A DNA stretch of 64,000 nt from NCBI GenBank assembly GCA_964016885.1, contig OZ024743.1, forward strand, positions 175,708,001 to 175,772,000, read 5' to 3'. Positions 25,275 through 38,534 of the stretch are shown piece after piece (the first letter of the stretch is position 1; the number at the start of each line of letters is the position of its first letter). Made by a program: the position numbers and the translations under genes. The DNA is from Eledone cirrhosa (taxonomy: Eukaryota). The notes below the pieces were generated by a model, which worked only from the letters and a program-made list of their open reading frames with translations, ran no database searches and was not told the DNA's origin.

Positions 25275-28200
25275 GCAGCTACGAGCTTAACAAAGTATTA
25301 TATGAAGCATACAAACAATCTGAACCCCAAAAGTTCGGTTTTATGCAAAGGCTAAAAACTTTATGGAACTCCAAACACCCTGAATTAGACTTTTCTCCAA
25401 AGCATTTAAATGAACAGGCAAAACGTATCATTAGATGTAAATTGATACATCTAACGGAATTGAGTGATACTACAAATACACCCCTTGTAGACAACCACCC
25501 CACCTCCACTAACAGACAAAGAGAATGGCCAGCTAAATCTAACAGTGAACAACTCACCAACAATTTTGCTGAAATCCATCCCACTTCCACTGAAGAACAG
25601 CGAGAAAGGTCAGCTAACTCTAGTAGTAATTGTCACCACATCAACAACGAGGCTGAAATTCATGACTCTACTGAACAAAGAGAGCACGAAAAACTTGTAG
25701 ACACCCTACAAGTGATATGGAACAATATGTTTCAAGAGATACACAGCCTTAATGTGAGTGACAGACCATACAACACTAGAATCAGTAAAGAACCCACTAA
25801 ATTGGAATTGGAAGCGGTGAACGAAATAGCTGGCAATTATCTGAAGGCTATACGATCTAAAGGTGTAGAAACGACATTTGAAACGCTTAATGTTTTGTTA
25901 TATGTTTCAGCTGTCACATTGCTATTATATAACACACATCTAAAATCACGCAATCAAGATACAAACAGAAAGCCTGAACCAGCGTGGATGCAAAATTTAA
26001 AAACCAAAATTTTGTCCCTGAGACGAAGTATCTCACACATCGCAGTCGTTATGAAATGCAACATAGAGAGCAACTTCACACGACACCAGGAAGACCTAAA
26101 GAAAAAGTTAGAGAGACGATTTGGAGATACAAAATTTAAAATTTTGAACTCCAAATTACACCAGTTGAAACAACAACTCACAGCTACAACAGAAAGACTA
26201 AAATATAAGTCAACAGCACATAAACGACAAGTGCTAAATAGATTGTTTGCCAGAGATCCTAAATCAGTTTATCGCAGCTTCAGTGGCAAAAGCTCAATCC
26301 CTGTAAATGACACCCCTTCAAAAGAACAGGTTGAGAGCTACTGGAGATCTGTATGGGAAACGGATGACGGATTCAACAGACAAACTAATTGGCTAAAAGA
26401 ACTGGAACAGGACTACTGCCAACATGTCCAGACAAAACAGTATGACATAGATGGGTCAATACTGGAAACAGCTCTACAGAAAATGTCGAATAGGAAATCG
26501 CCAGGCCCAGACCTCATTACAGGATACTGGTTGAAGAATTTCACTTTCTATCGGCAAGATCACATACGGCTGTTTACAGAAACCATTAAGGGCACACAAG
26601 AACTGTCCAGATGGTTATCAACTGCCACTACTCTCCTCATTCCCCAAAATAGCCAAACCACCCTTGCTAAAAATTACCGCCCAATTGCCTGCCAAAACAT
26701 CATGTATAAATTATATACTGGGTGCCTTAACCTGTTCTTACAGGATCACTGTGCTACTAACAACATCATAACACCTGAGCAAGCTGGTGGAAAGAGGGAG
26801 GTGTGGGGTTGCATAGATCACCTACTAACTAACAAAATGATTCAGGAAAAAACAACAAAGAATCGCAGAAACATGACTGTGGTGTGCCTGGACTATCAAG
26901 AAGCATTTGATAGTGTACCTCATGGGTGCATTATTAAAGCGTTACAGTTAGCTAAAGTCCCACAACCATTGGTAGCTGCTGTTGAACGCCTGACCAAGAA
27001 CTGGTACACCAATTTGATCCTTAGAGGTGAGAAGGAGCAGGTTAAGACTGATAAGATACATTACCAGAAGGGCATCTTTCAGGGTGATAGCTTGTCAGTG
27101 CTACTCTTCGTTCTCTCACTGAATCCACTATCTTACCTACTCAGGAAACAAGGTGGACAAAGAAGTGGGCCCAGAAGTATCTTCCATCTTTTCTTTGTTG
27201 ATGACCTGAAGTTGTATGGGCCAAATATCAATGACATCAAGAAACAATTGGACCTCATTACACAATTTTCAACCGACATCAAAATGAAATTTGGTGAGTC
27301 CAAGTGTGCATATTTGGCAGTAAAACGTGGAAGAGCTGTGCCCTCCTCTAGAAATCTAGAGATGAACGGCCTGACAATACAACCTCTACAGTCAGGTGAC
27401 AACTACAGATATCTTGGACAGGATGAGAATGTCAGATATGATGGACCCATAAATAAGGAGAGAACCAGAACTGAATACCTCAGAAGAGTAAAGAAAATAT
27501 GGACATCAGAACTGTCAGCGTACAACAAATACATTGCCCACAATACTTATGCTGTGCCAATTCTAACGCCAACATTTGGCCTGGTCATTGAACTGGTCAT
27601 TGCAAGAACTAAGTGAGATGAATGTTAGAACTCGAAAACTTCTCAGGGTTACTGGCAACTTTAACATCAATGGTGATGTGGATAGGCTATACTTCTCACG
27701 CAAGGAAGGTGGCCGGGGTCTAAAATCAATATTAAGAGACCCGGATAGTAACACTGAAGCAACATCTTCAACAGAGGAAAAAGGTTGGCAACCATCTTGC
27801 CCAGGTTCATGAGCATGAAAAAAAAATATCATTAGAATAGCGACTGATCTGGAGGAGAGATATGGAATAAAATCTGATATAAATCTCTCACCCAGAGAAA
27901 TCGGAAGATCCTATTCAATGTTCAAACAAGATGAAAAAATTGACCAATTTACAGAAAAAGTTGTGCATGGATACTTGAGACGTAAAACACAGACCATAGA
28001 GGGGATAAACCACTCAAAAGGCCTGGCATGGAGTTCCGACAAGTTTATGACATCACACATTGAGGGATATCTCTATGCAATACAGGAACAAGAACTCCCT
28101 ACCAAATATCTGCTGCACAAAAGAGAAGGGCCAGCAGCTGACAATAAATGTAGGCTATGCAAAACAAAGATCGAGGATGTAAGCCACATTGTTGCCAGCT

Positions 28201-28803
28201 GCGAAAGAATGTCATCTCGCTACTACCTCCCCATGAGACACGATGGGATAGCTAGAACCATCTGGAACGCACTTCGGAAAACAAAATTAACAACAAACGA
28301 GGAAGAATATATTGAGACAGATGGCTCTAAGGAATACTGGTGGAACCTGAAAATAAAAACTGCCACCAAATTAAAGCACAACCGGCGGCCTGATATTGTT
28401 GTTTGGGACCACACATTGAAAACGTGTTCTGTTGTGGAGATCAGCTGCCCATTTGATGTAAACGTTGTCAGAAAATACAGGAGAAGGAGGACATCTACGG
28501 ACCATTGATGAGGAGTTTACAAATCCAGTATCCAAGATACACATTTAGCTTCATACCCATCATTATTGGAGCTACGGGTTATATACCAACCCGCTTGGAC
28601 CAAAGTATGACTGAACTTGGATTTGCGGACAAAAAGCGCAGCTCCCTAATTCATAGTCTACAAATGGCTGCGATAGATGGCACCTTCAAAATTTGCAAAA
28701 CATTCTTGCGATTCAAGGGATGACAATTTCTTTTCTTTTACAACCTTGCCACCAGGAAGGTGGCCGGTCAAAAAAATATACTCGAAATTAAGAGAAAGAG
28801 AAA
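25275..28803 (+). mobile_element. Dong/R4-like family B copy 2, near full-length, frameshifted
   Basis: 757-aa ORF 25343-27616 (NYRPIAC, DYQEAFD, GIFQGDSLS, FVDD), then 27918-28508 (CRLC..HIVASC, RHD, RPDI, EISCP) and 28505-28723. 3' end runs into (TACA)n. Confidence 0.92.
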
Positions 28804-28978
28804 ACACACATACATACATATACGTACACACATACATACATACATACATACACACATACATACATACATACATACATACATACATACATACATACATACA
28901 TACATACATACATACATACGTATGTACATTCATTCATACGTACATACATACATACATACATACATACACGCATACATA
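28804..28978 (+). repeat. (TACA)n microsatellite
   Basis: Seen directly. Confidence 0.96.
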
Positions 28979-30147
28979 TGGTCATCAGAACTCTCTGCGC
29001 AAAACAGGTTATCAGAACTCTGAGCAAAACAAAACAGTGGCTCACAATGTGTTTGCTGTGCCTGTCCTAACACCAACGTTTGGAATACTCAATTGGACGA
29101 TAGACGAAATCCGAGCAGTTGATGTTGGAACTCGAAAAATACTGAACAACACCGGAAACTTCCACATCAACAGTGACATAGACCGCCTTTACTTGAAACG
29201 TAAGCAGGGAGGCGGAGGCCTAACATCAGCCCAGACAACATTTGAATGTCGCATCATATCTCTCCGACAACATCTACGAACGTCGAAGCGTGGGAACCCG
29301 TTTCTCGAGCACGTCTAGATGTGATAACAAGTGCAGACTCTGCAGAACTAACATCGAGGATATCACCCATGTCATCAGCAGCTGTCCAAAGATGTCATCG
29401 CGGTACTATCTACCTAAGAGGCATGATGTAGTGGCCAAAACACTGTACGATGCAGTTCGTAAAAAAGATAGCCCCGATAATAAACACATTAAAAGCTACA
29501 ACAATGTGGAAGACATCCATGTACATAATATGAAAGAGTGGAATGTTCCAGTAAAAACCCCAACAAAATGCAGGCATAATAGACCAGATATTATGATATG
29601 GGACAGGGAAAAGAAAGCATGTACAGTAGTGGAAATTAGCTGCCCAGCAGATGCCAATATAATATCAAAGATTAGTGAAAAGGAGAATATTTATGCAGAA
29701 CTGATAAGAAATCTGCAGATACTCCAACCTGCTTACACCTTCAGATTTATGCCTGTGATTATTGGGGCACTGGGATATGTTAGTAACTGCCTCAATACAA
29801 ATCTTGAGAAGCTAGGCTTCACAGGAACAGAAAGAACACAACTAGTTCGGAAATTACAAGTGCAATCCATTAATGGAACAGTAAAACTATGTAAAACATT
29901 CCAAAATTTTGCATCTAATAACTGCATATACACATGTACAGATAAAAAGCATATACACATGCACACATACAACTCAAAACATCTACATCCACACATACAA
30001 TAACATACATATCTACACATGCATGCATACATACATATCTACCTAGTTGATGTTGTGTAAATTCCAATGAGAGAGTCTTATGTCTATGTTAGAAACCGAC
30101 TCTCTCTCTATTGGCAAAACTTTTTGAAATTATAAAACCAGAAAAAC
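28975..30147 (+). mobile_element. Dong/R4-like family C, 3' fragment with internal deletion near 29316
   Basis: FAVPVLTPTFG, DRLYLKRKQGGGGL, CRLC..HVISSC, RHD, RPDI, EISCP; paralogous to family B but diverged; bounded by (TACA)n. Confidence 0.85.
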
Positions 30148-30419
30148 ATATATGTACACACATACATACATACATACATACACACGTACATACATACGTA
30201 CATACATACACACACATACATACATACGTACATACATACATACATACATATATACACATACATACATACACATATACATACATATACGTACATACATACA
30301 TACATACACACATACATACACATATACATACATACGTACATATGTACATAAATACATACATACACATACATACACACATACACACACACACACATAGACA
30401 CGTACATACATACATACAT
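30148..30419 (+). repeat. Degenerate (TACA)n microsatellite
   Basis: Seen directly. Confidence 0.95.
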
Positions 30420-30597
30420 TGTTATTTATACTGCTGTTCCCCTTTATCATGAACTTATTCAACTCCACCATTTCGTATTCTGGACAAATCTAATAAGTTC
30501 AGCAGACGGTATTGTGTTAAATCTCAATTTTATTTCTTCTTAATAGAATATAAAAATATCTTCATATAAAATCATGCTACAAAATCGACAAACAAGA

Positions 30598-30838
30598 AAG
30601 AACAACAACAACAGCAACAATAAAGGCAAAACCACCAATAACAACAGCAGCAACAACAACAACAGCAGCAAGAACAACAGCAACAGCAAAAAAAGACAAC
30701 AACAGCAACAACAAAAGCAACACCAACAACAACAAGACAGCAACAACAGCAACAACAAAAGCAACATCATCAACAACAACAGTAACAACATCACCAACGG
30801 GCAGCAACAATAACAACAATAACAACAACAGCAGCAAC
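30598..30838 (+). repeat. Degenerate (CAA/CAG)n microsatellite
   Basis: Seen directly. Confidence 0.9.
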
Positions 30839-31111
30839 CTATAATAGCATTATGAAAGAGGGAACCAAGTATAATAGGCTTCTATTTTAGACACCAAAAC
30901 ATTAATTTGATGGAGAATGAATGCCGAAATATTTCACCCGGAAGTATGGAAGGCATCGTTAACCTCGGCTGGATTTTAATCTTGCCAATCCACTACCACT
31001 ACCACCACCAGGACCACCTGCACCACCACCACTGCCACCGCCACCAACATAACAATGGTAAAGTTGTATGTTCAATCCATTTGCGTGGCATCTTGGGCAA
31101 GCTGAAGTTGG

Positions 31112-31146
<35 letters not shown>

Positions 31147-31188
31147 AGAAAAAAGAGAATCAATTATATATATATATATATATATATA

Positions 31189-31366
31189 TAGGAAAAGAGT
31201 CAGGACCCCGACGGCTGAGCTCCGGCCGTTTTGGTATCTAGATCTTAAACGGCCGGAGCTCAGCCCCGTCGGCGTCCTGACTCTTTTCCTATTACTCTCT
31301 CTACTACCCTAAGTATCGAGTATTCTGGTGCGTTGTTGTCTACCCGGTTCTTTACCACACTTTCTT
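31189..31366 (+). mobile_element. Hairpin-plus-tail mini-element, copy 1
   Basis: ~45-bp inverted arms 31189-31291 followed by an ~75-nt tail shared with 37581, 41198 and 44206; inside (TA)n. Confidence 0.8.
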
Positions 31367-31402
<36 letters not shown>

Positions 31403-32163
31403 TGAACATTTACATAGGCCTAGACCCCTTGGTGTCTAGAAATTTAGTAATGGCGGTCCGTGAGCAAAGTTCAACATGCTTTATGGTCAATGAATGCACC
31501 CCTTTACGACCTGAGTTCAAATCCTGCTGAGGTTAGCTTTGCTTTTCATCCCTACGGGGCCGATAACATAAAGTACCAGTAATGCACTGGGATCGATTTA
31601 ATCGACATTGCCCCCCCCCCCCCCCCCATTGTTGACTTTGAGCCTAAATCAGAAACCAATATTTTGTTAAAAACAATATGTTCAGGTATAGATTCTCCTT
31701 TAAGTGTAAACGATTTTCTTTATGATTGTCATTCTCTCGTAGTGGGGGTCCGCAGAAAAATTAAATTAAATAGAAAATGGGTCCTTGGTAGTGACAAGTT
31801 CAGGAACACTGGCATAAAGCCCCGAATCACTTGAGCAAGGTAGCTTCGCCGCAGGACTTCCAAATATGTCTAACATTTACCAAACTTTCGATATTCTCAA
31901 AGATTATGTGGTGAAAATGTTTCAGAGGCCATGAGAATATAAACGCGTGACTAGATCGGAGAGGTTAGATTTTCCTCGTTAGATTTTGAATGCTCCAAAT
32001 ATTAAATGTGATAACAATAACAAGAATATTGTTTATGTATATACCACCAAAACATTATCTATTCTCTAATGAATTCTATTTTTCTATGCCTACCAGCCTG
32101 TAATCCTATATATATTTTATGTAATTCATTTATCTCTAATATAGCAAATACGATGAACGCTGT

Positions 32164-32206
32164 GTATTGCTGATGATGCCATGAGATCAAAACAAATCCA
32201 CAATAC
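32164..32206 (+). ncRNA. Degenerate type I hammerhead motif
   Basis: GTATTG-CTGATGA...CAATAC (stem I closes), but stem II and GAAA are mutated. Confidence 0.45.
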
Positions 32207-33846
32207 TTTCTCATACTTCAACGGTTCTCAATCAATCTGTTTCCAAATCTTTATAACTCTATTATGTTGATATGATGGTAGGGTGCGCCATGAGACGTGT
32301 TGCGATCATGGCTTTGTCGTGATTGTGTCAGCATTTGTGAAGGAAATATTTGCCACTGAGATTGAAACACGTAATGAATTTACTTGCAACAATATTCCTT
32401 GGTAATGAAAAGTTTAACACTTATGCGAGAACCTCTGCGTGAGGGCTGAAATTTCTATAAATAGTCCTATTTCCCTCAAATTACACCAAAAGGAAAAAAA
32501 CACATTACACAACGTATTTCTGGATATACAATATTAAAAAAAAACAACAACAAAAAACGAGGCCATCACTGATGAAACGTTTCTAATCCCAGATTAAACC
32601 AGAACAATAGTTGGTACTTATCTCCCAGACATTGCTGTGTGGGTAACAACTTTACTTAGGACTGCGTGGTTTGGGTTTGATTTCTATGTGCAGTATTTAG
32701 ACACCTTTCTACCATATCTTCAGATTGGTCAAAGCTTTGTGAATGAAATTTGGTGGATGGAGACTTTTTCAAAATATTGTAGAGTGTGGTGTAACAGAAA
32801 TGTGGGTCCTTTTTGTCAGAGGCCAAATTATCATATAGAGGGTCTGTTTTAGAGTGGTCATTTAAAAGAATTAAATTACCAGCTCCCTTTAGAATGAAAT
32901 CCGCTCCTTGAAATAAATATTTTGTTTTATAGCTCACACCTATGCAAGATAAGCTGCCCGCCTATAAGGTTGGATTTCATAGGAGGTTTCTTCAATGTTT
33001 TAATAACAGGGCCTCAAGTGTTATCACGGAAAGCAGCGTGAAAAGCAACATCTTGCTAAAGAACACAACGTATCATCCGATCCGGGAATCAAACCCACGA
33101 GGTTATGATCGTAAGTTCAAGAACCTAAGTACCAAGCTGCACGCATTGAAAGACATATTACAGAAATGCTGGGATAACGAGCCGAAATGCATAAGTTTTT
33201 ATTTTATATTATCGAGTGACAAAGAGCAGGAGAGGAAGATCCAGTAAATTTGCGGGGTTATTAGGCTTGCATGAGGCCCTTGGGTATTATTTATCGTAGT
33301 ACAGAAAAAAATGGAACCCTTTAAATATAGTAGAGACAATGGCCACATACCAAACACCACTACCACCACCACCGACACCACCACCGCCACGACGACCACA
33401 ACGACCATCACCACCATTCTTAAGAGTCATTTGCCGAAGATGGCATAAAAGTCGCAACTGACCAAATTACTATTCCCCACCTTTTCTTATAATATGACAT
33501 ATCGTGATGATATATGGTTTCTTTTTTTAACATCAATTAAATCTTTCTCTATATCATTTCCTTACTAACTTCCAAAACGAACTCATTTATAAAATGTCGA
33601 GTGTCCAGAAATATATAATTATCTGTCTTGCCTTACCTTTTGATGGTTCCTTATATTATTAGAAGAACATATTGGTCAAGTGACTAACACGTCTAGACGT
33701 AGTTTTATAATTTATATTATGTAGTCACCATTTTATTTCAAACTGAAGAAATTATATGAACAAGATGAAACATCGCTGCACATAGCATCGAAATGAAATG
33801 TGTACGCACAAACACACACGCACGCACGTTACACATATCTATACAC

Positions 33847-33921
<75 letters not shown>

Positions 33922-34065
33922 AAATTAAATTAAGGGTTTTCAGGTCTAGTGGTGACGCGTCGTCCAAGCACCCCAATCTTCTTAGTCCTCTGTGCTACAC
34001 ATGGATCGTTCTTGTGATATAGGTCGGTAGAGTTAGTTTATACTATTGATCTAATTCCTCTTTAT

Positions 34066-34112
34066 AACGCTCTGATGAGTCCTGCAATTATGCAAGGACG
34101 AAACACTGTCAC
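34066..34112 (+). ncRNA. Hammerhead core (stem I not closing)
   Basis: CTGATGA-GTCCTGCA/TGCAAGGAC stem II-GAAA-CACT-GTC; no adjacent complement for the 5' stem I strand. Confidence 0.55.
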
Positions 34113-34155
34113 AAGATAAAGATTAATTGATGATGTAAGCGCTCTTTGGTTTGTT

Positions 34156-34210
<55 letters not shown>

Positions 34211-34240
34211 CATACATATAAATACATAATACTTATATAC

Positions 34241-34590
34241 ATGATGGCTGCCACCTCGTTATTGAGTATGGCCATTGCACGATATACCATTATTAATAAT
34301 TATTAATTAATCCTATCATGCAATGCCTGTGCGTGAAGATATTTTTTAAAGTGAGGAAAGACTGTGGACTGAGCCAATCCCACTCTCTGAGCGACAGTAG
34401 CTATAACCCGAAAAGAAGAAAAGATCAACATCATCGATCATCGGTAACTACTGAGCCGCGGGTTTTATATCGGAGTTATTCCAGTTTCCCGAGTTGCCTT
34501 CTCCTAGAAGAATGCCCTGACAAAGGCTAGGGGTCTTTCACTCCCAGTGGTTTAACCGCGCGATCGGGTGTCCAGCCTGACTATTTCTAT
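34241..34590 (+). mobile_element. RTE-5'UTR-like non-coding repeat, copy 2
   Basis: Diverged homologue of 22772-23192. Confidence 0.55.
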
Positions 34591-34713
34591 GTCCCCGCGC
34601 ATATACATACACATGCACCCATGTATATACATATATACATACATATGTACATGTGTATATACATATTTACACACTTTTGGATGGCCGATGACTCTTATGA
34701 GTTCTTCCACCTT

Positions 34714-34770
<57 letters not shown>

Positions 34771-34773
<3 letters not shown>

Positions 34774-35640
34774 ATCAAAAGATGCGCATTTCAAAAACAA
34801 ATATCATCATGGGATGATATTTGCGTTCTCATCAGATATAATAGGGAGACATGATATGAAGCTTAAATCACAAATTAAAATACAGGAATACAGAAAGATT
34901 GCATTTAGTGAACATATCGCCAATTGTGCTCTCAACCTACTTCCAAACTTTAAAATTTTCCCCATTTACAAATTCATAGACAACGCTACTTTCATCCAAC
35001 GCACCAATAAGGAAAGACATTTCATTAATAAATTTCAGCCAGTACTCAATGCCCTGAAATTCGCACCTTTCTAATACTGCAACAAACCATCAAACATTTA
35101 CAAGAGTTACCTCCCTCACACCATACCTAATCCTTTTTCTTAAATTAATTAAATATCACCCAGCAAGAATTGCTTCCCCCTGCATATTAACTCTCTAAAA
35201 AGGGAAATCATATCAAACCACAGTCCAACATTTGCCTCCTTCACGGAATCATGGTTCAACTAAACACTTTGCGATATCAACACATTTTGAACTGCTTAAC
35301 TTCAATGACTGTACTTGTAAATAACATTAACTTTTCTTCCACATTGACTTTTTACGTTCCACATTATGCACGTTTTTTTTTCCTTTTACCTTTTTTCTTT
35401 TCACTTCTTAAACCTTGTTTGTATATAACATTATTCTTTCTGCACCTTCTGTTTAACATGTGCAACACCACACCAACACATTTCACTATCATTTGATAAT
35501 GCATATAAATGCAGAAACCGGTAATAGACAATACTTAAATATATAAATAGATAAATAAATGCCATTGTTAAATAATAAATAAATCAACTAATACCTTAAC
35601 ACTTCACACAAAGTAAAACATTTCGTTTTAATCATTTTCT
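34771..35640 (+). mobile_element. Penelope-like element 3' remnant (GIY-YIG C-terminus + 3' region with degenerate hammerhead near 35485-35528)
   Basis: [29 protein letters not shown]; TGATAA-TGCAT/ATGCA-GAAA-CCGG-TA. Confidence 0.7.
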
Positions 35641-35717
35641 AACCCAGAAAAGAGAGAGAGAGACAAAAAAAAGAAAAAAAAAACATTTTTTTCTCATAAT
35701 CGTCTCTTTCTTCCTAT

Positions 35718-35773
<56 letters not shown>

Positions 35774-35800
35774 TAACTCGTGTGCCTCCTCTCCACATTT

Positions 35801-35860
<60 letters not shown>

Positions 35861-36304
35861 TTGAGGTGGGCGGAGTCGTTTGAAACCTATGAACCAATGA
35901 TAATCGAGAATTATGACACACGGAATACTGACATTGTTGAAATTAATATATATATACATATATATATATATTTATTTATTAAAATAACACATTGAAGTTT
36001 AAGTAAAGAATCGCTGCTTTCACCCTTAACGCTTGTATGTCTGTGTCTAATGTACAGCCACTTATTCCAGCTGTTTGCACTATCGTATATTTTGGTTTCT
36101 AATAATTCCCTGGGGAAATTGTTGACCAAATGCTTTGCTTAATTGTTTTATTTATTTAAAAAAGATTTCAGGTATTTTTTGAAAGCAAAGCATTGGGCCC
36201 TAAAATGCTACAGTGGGTTCATCAATGCTACTGTGGACTCTTGCAATCTTGCAATACTACCGTGAGCCATTGGGCAACCTGGCAACCTAGCCAGTCCACC
36301 ACTG

Positions 36305-36386
<82 letters not shown>

Positions 36387-36455
36387 TATATATATATGAT
36401 ATTTATATATATGTATATATATGATATTTATATATATGTATATATATATATATGA

Positions 36456-36512
<57 letters not shown>

Positions 36513-36564
36513 ACATAGATAGATATATATATGCATATATACATACATATATATATATAGATAT

Positions 36565-36743
<179 letters not shown>

Positions 36744-36770
36744 GAATAGAGGTGTAACAGACGAGTTGTG

Positions 36771-37013
36771 ATATATTGGTAAAAGGAAAAAAAAATGCTG
36801 ACAAATTGTTCCCAGTGAAAAATAGTTTGATTAGGAATAAGTATAAATTAGTAATAAGTATTGGTTAGTATTCAATTTTAGTTTTAAGTTTTTACCGGTA
36901 AAAACTTAAAACTAAAACTGAATACTAACCAATACTTATTACTAATTTATACTTATTCCTAATCAAACTATTTTTGACTGGGAACAATTTGTCACCATTT
37001 TCTTTTCCTTTTA

Positions 37014-37022
<9 letters not shown>
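36771..37022. repeat. ~250-bp near-perfect palindrome centred on ACCGGT (36894-36899)
   Basis: Arms are reverse complements with few mismatches and no spacer. Confidence 0.93.
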
Positions 37023-37077
<55 letters not shown>

Positions 37078-37521
37078 CCGTGGGCCATTGGGCAACCTGG
37101 CAACCTAGCAACCTGTTTCGTTGATCCGTGTGCAACGATTTCTGCACTATAAAATTGCATTATCGCTGAGAGATTGATACGGCTTATCAAGAGACTCCGT
37201 CAGAAAAAAGGACTGTTTCTTTCGTAGCAAGTGAGAAATTCTCAAGAGGTGGAGAGAGAAATTAACACATGATACAGTAGTCACAGACGAGTAGTAAGGT
37301 GAACAGTGAGCAAATATCTTATTTGCTAGAAAAAGCAGTTAATACACTCCTGGGTAACTCGACCATAGGTGATTTTGGGACAATATAATAATGAAATACA
37401 CACACATATTCATATGTATATGTGTGATTGCGGTGTCCGCCTTAACAAGTTTTGCTCGATGACCGAGAGAGTTAAAATAACTAAAATAATTAAAATAACT
37501 CAATAACTGATTATTGGGTTA

Positions 37522-37580
<59 letters not shown>

Positions 37581-37584
<4 letters not shown>

Positions 37585-37771
37585 TAAAGGTATGACCCGA
37601 CGGCAGAGCTCAAGCCGTTTCGACGGCTATTTCTAATCCAGAAATAGCCGTCGAAACGGCTTGAGCTCTGCCGTCAGGGTCATACTTTTCCTATTACCCA
37701 CTCTACTACTCTAAGTATTGAATACTCTGGTGCGTTATGGTCCATCTGGTTCCTTACCACAATTCCTTCGT

Positions 37772-37772
<1 letters not shown>
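37581..37772 (+). mobile_element. Hairpin-plus-tail mini-element, copy 2
   Basis: Inverted arms 37581-37693, shared tail, flanked by (TA)n. Confidence 0.82.
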
Positions 37773-37802
<30 letters not shown>

Positions 37803-37919
37803 CGTTTATCGTTTTCGGTGCACCCGGCCGATTAACCCACTCGATATGAAAATTGGGCTACTCAGCTGTTAATATGCATAAGGTAAGTATACACGTTCAA
37901 CAATCTGGCAGGAAGGTAT

Positions 37920-37962
37920 ACGTTGCTGACGAGAGCTAATAAGCTTGAAACTAGTACAGCGT
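37920..37962 (+). ncRNA. Minimal type I hammerhead ribozyme, intact
   Basis: ACGTTG-CTGACGA-GAGCT/AGCTT-GAAA-CTAG-TA-CAGCGT; palindromic stem III ACTAGT, GUA cleavage triplet, extendable stem I. Confidence 0.85.
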
Positions 37963-38221
37963 TCCTTTGTCAGTGTTGAACAAACGAGCAACGATGGTTG
38001 CTAGACACTATGGCTTAATACGGGATGTTTGTTTACAAACACACCGAGCATTACAATAAATGTTCGGTGAATCCATACGTACATATATATATGTGTGCAT
38101 GTATGTATATATATACATACTACTGTACGTCTGTATGCATATATGTATGTAGGTATACATACTTATATTTAAGTAACAGCCGTACTAAGAGTGGGAAATG
38201 AAATTTCGTTTCATTTTTTCC

Positions 38222-38260
<39 letters not shown>

Positions 38261-38421
38261 GATAAATCTACCAAAATATACGGTAGTGTCCAATCCATAT
38301 GAAGAACTCAATGTAATCCAAATATATATATATATACACTCAAGCGCTTATTGGCTCTGAAACATGAAACCGAACGAAGAGATCTAAGAAAGAGCAAGAG
38401 AAAGAGAGAGAGATAGATAGG

Positions 38422-38534
<113 letters not shown>

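Noticed and set aside
30574-30837. PolyQ/N ORF
   Set aside because: A (CAA)n microsatellite with no flanking coding signal.
35911-36190. Short minus-strand ORF that might be a transposase fragment
   Set aside because: No diagnostic motif that I can identify with confidence.
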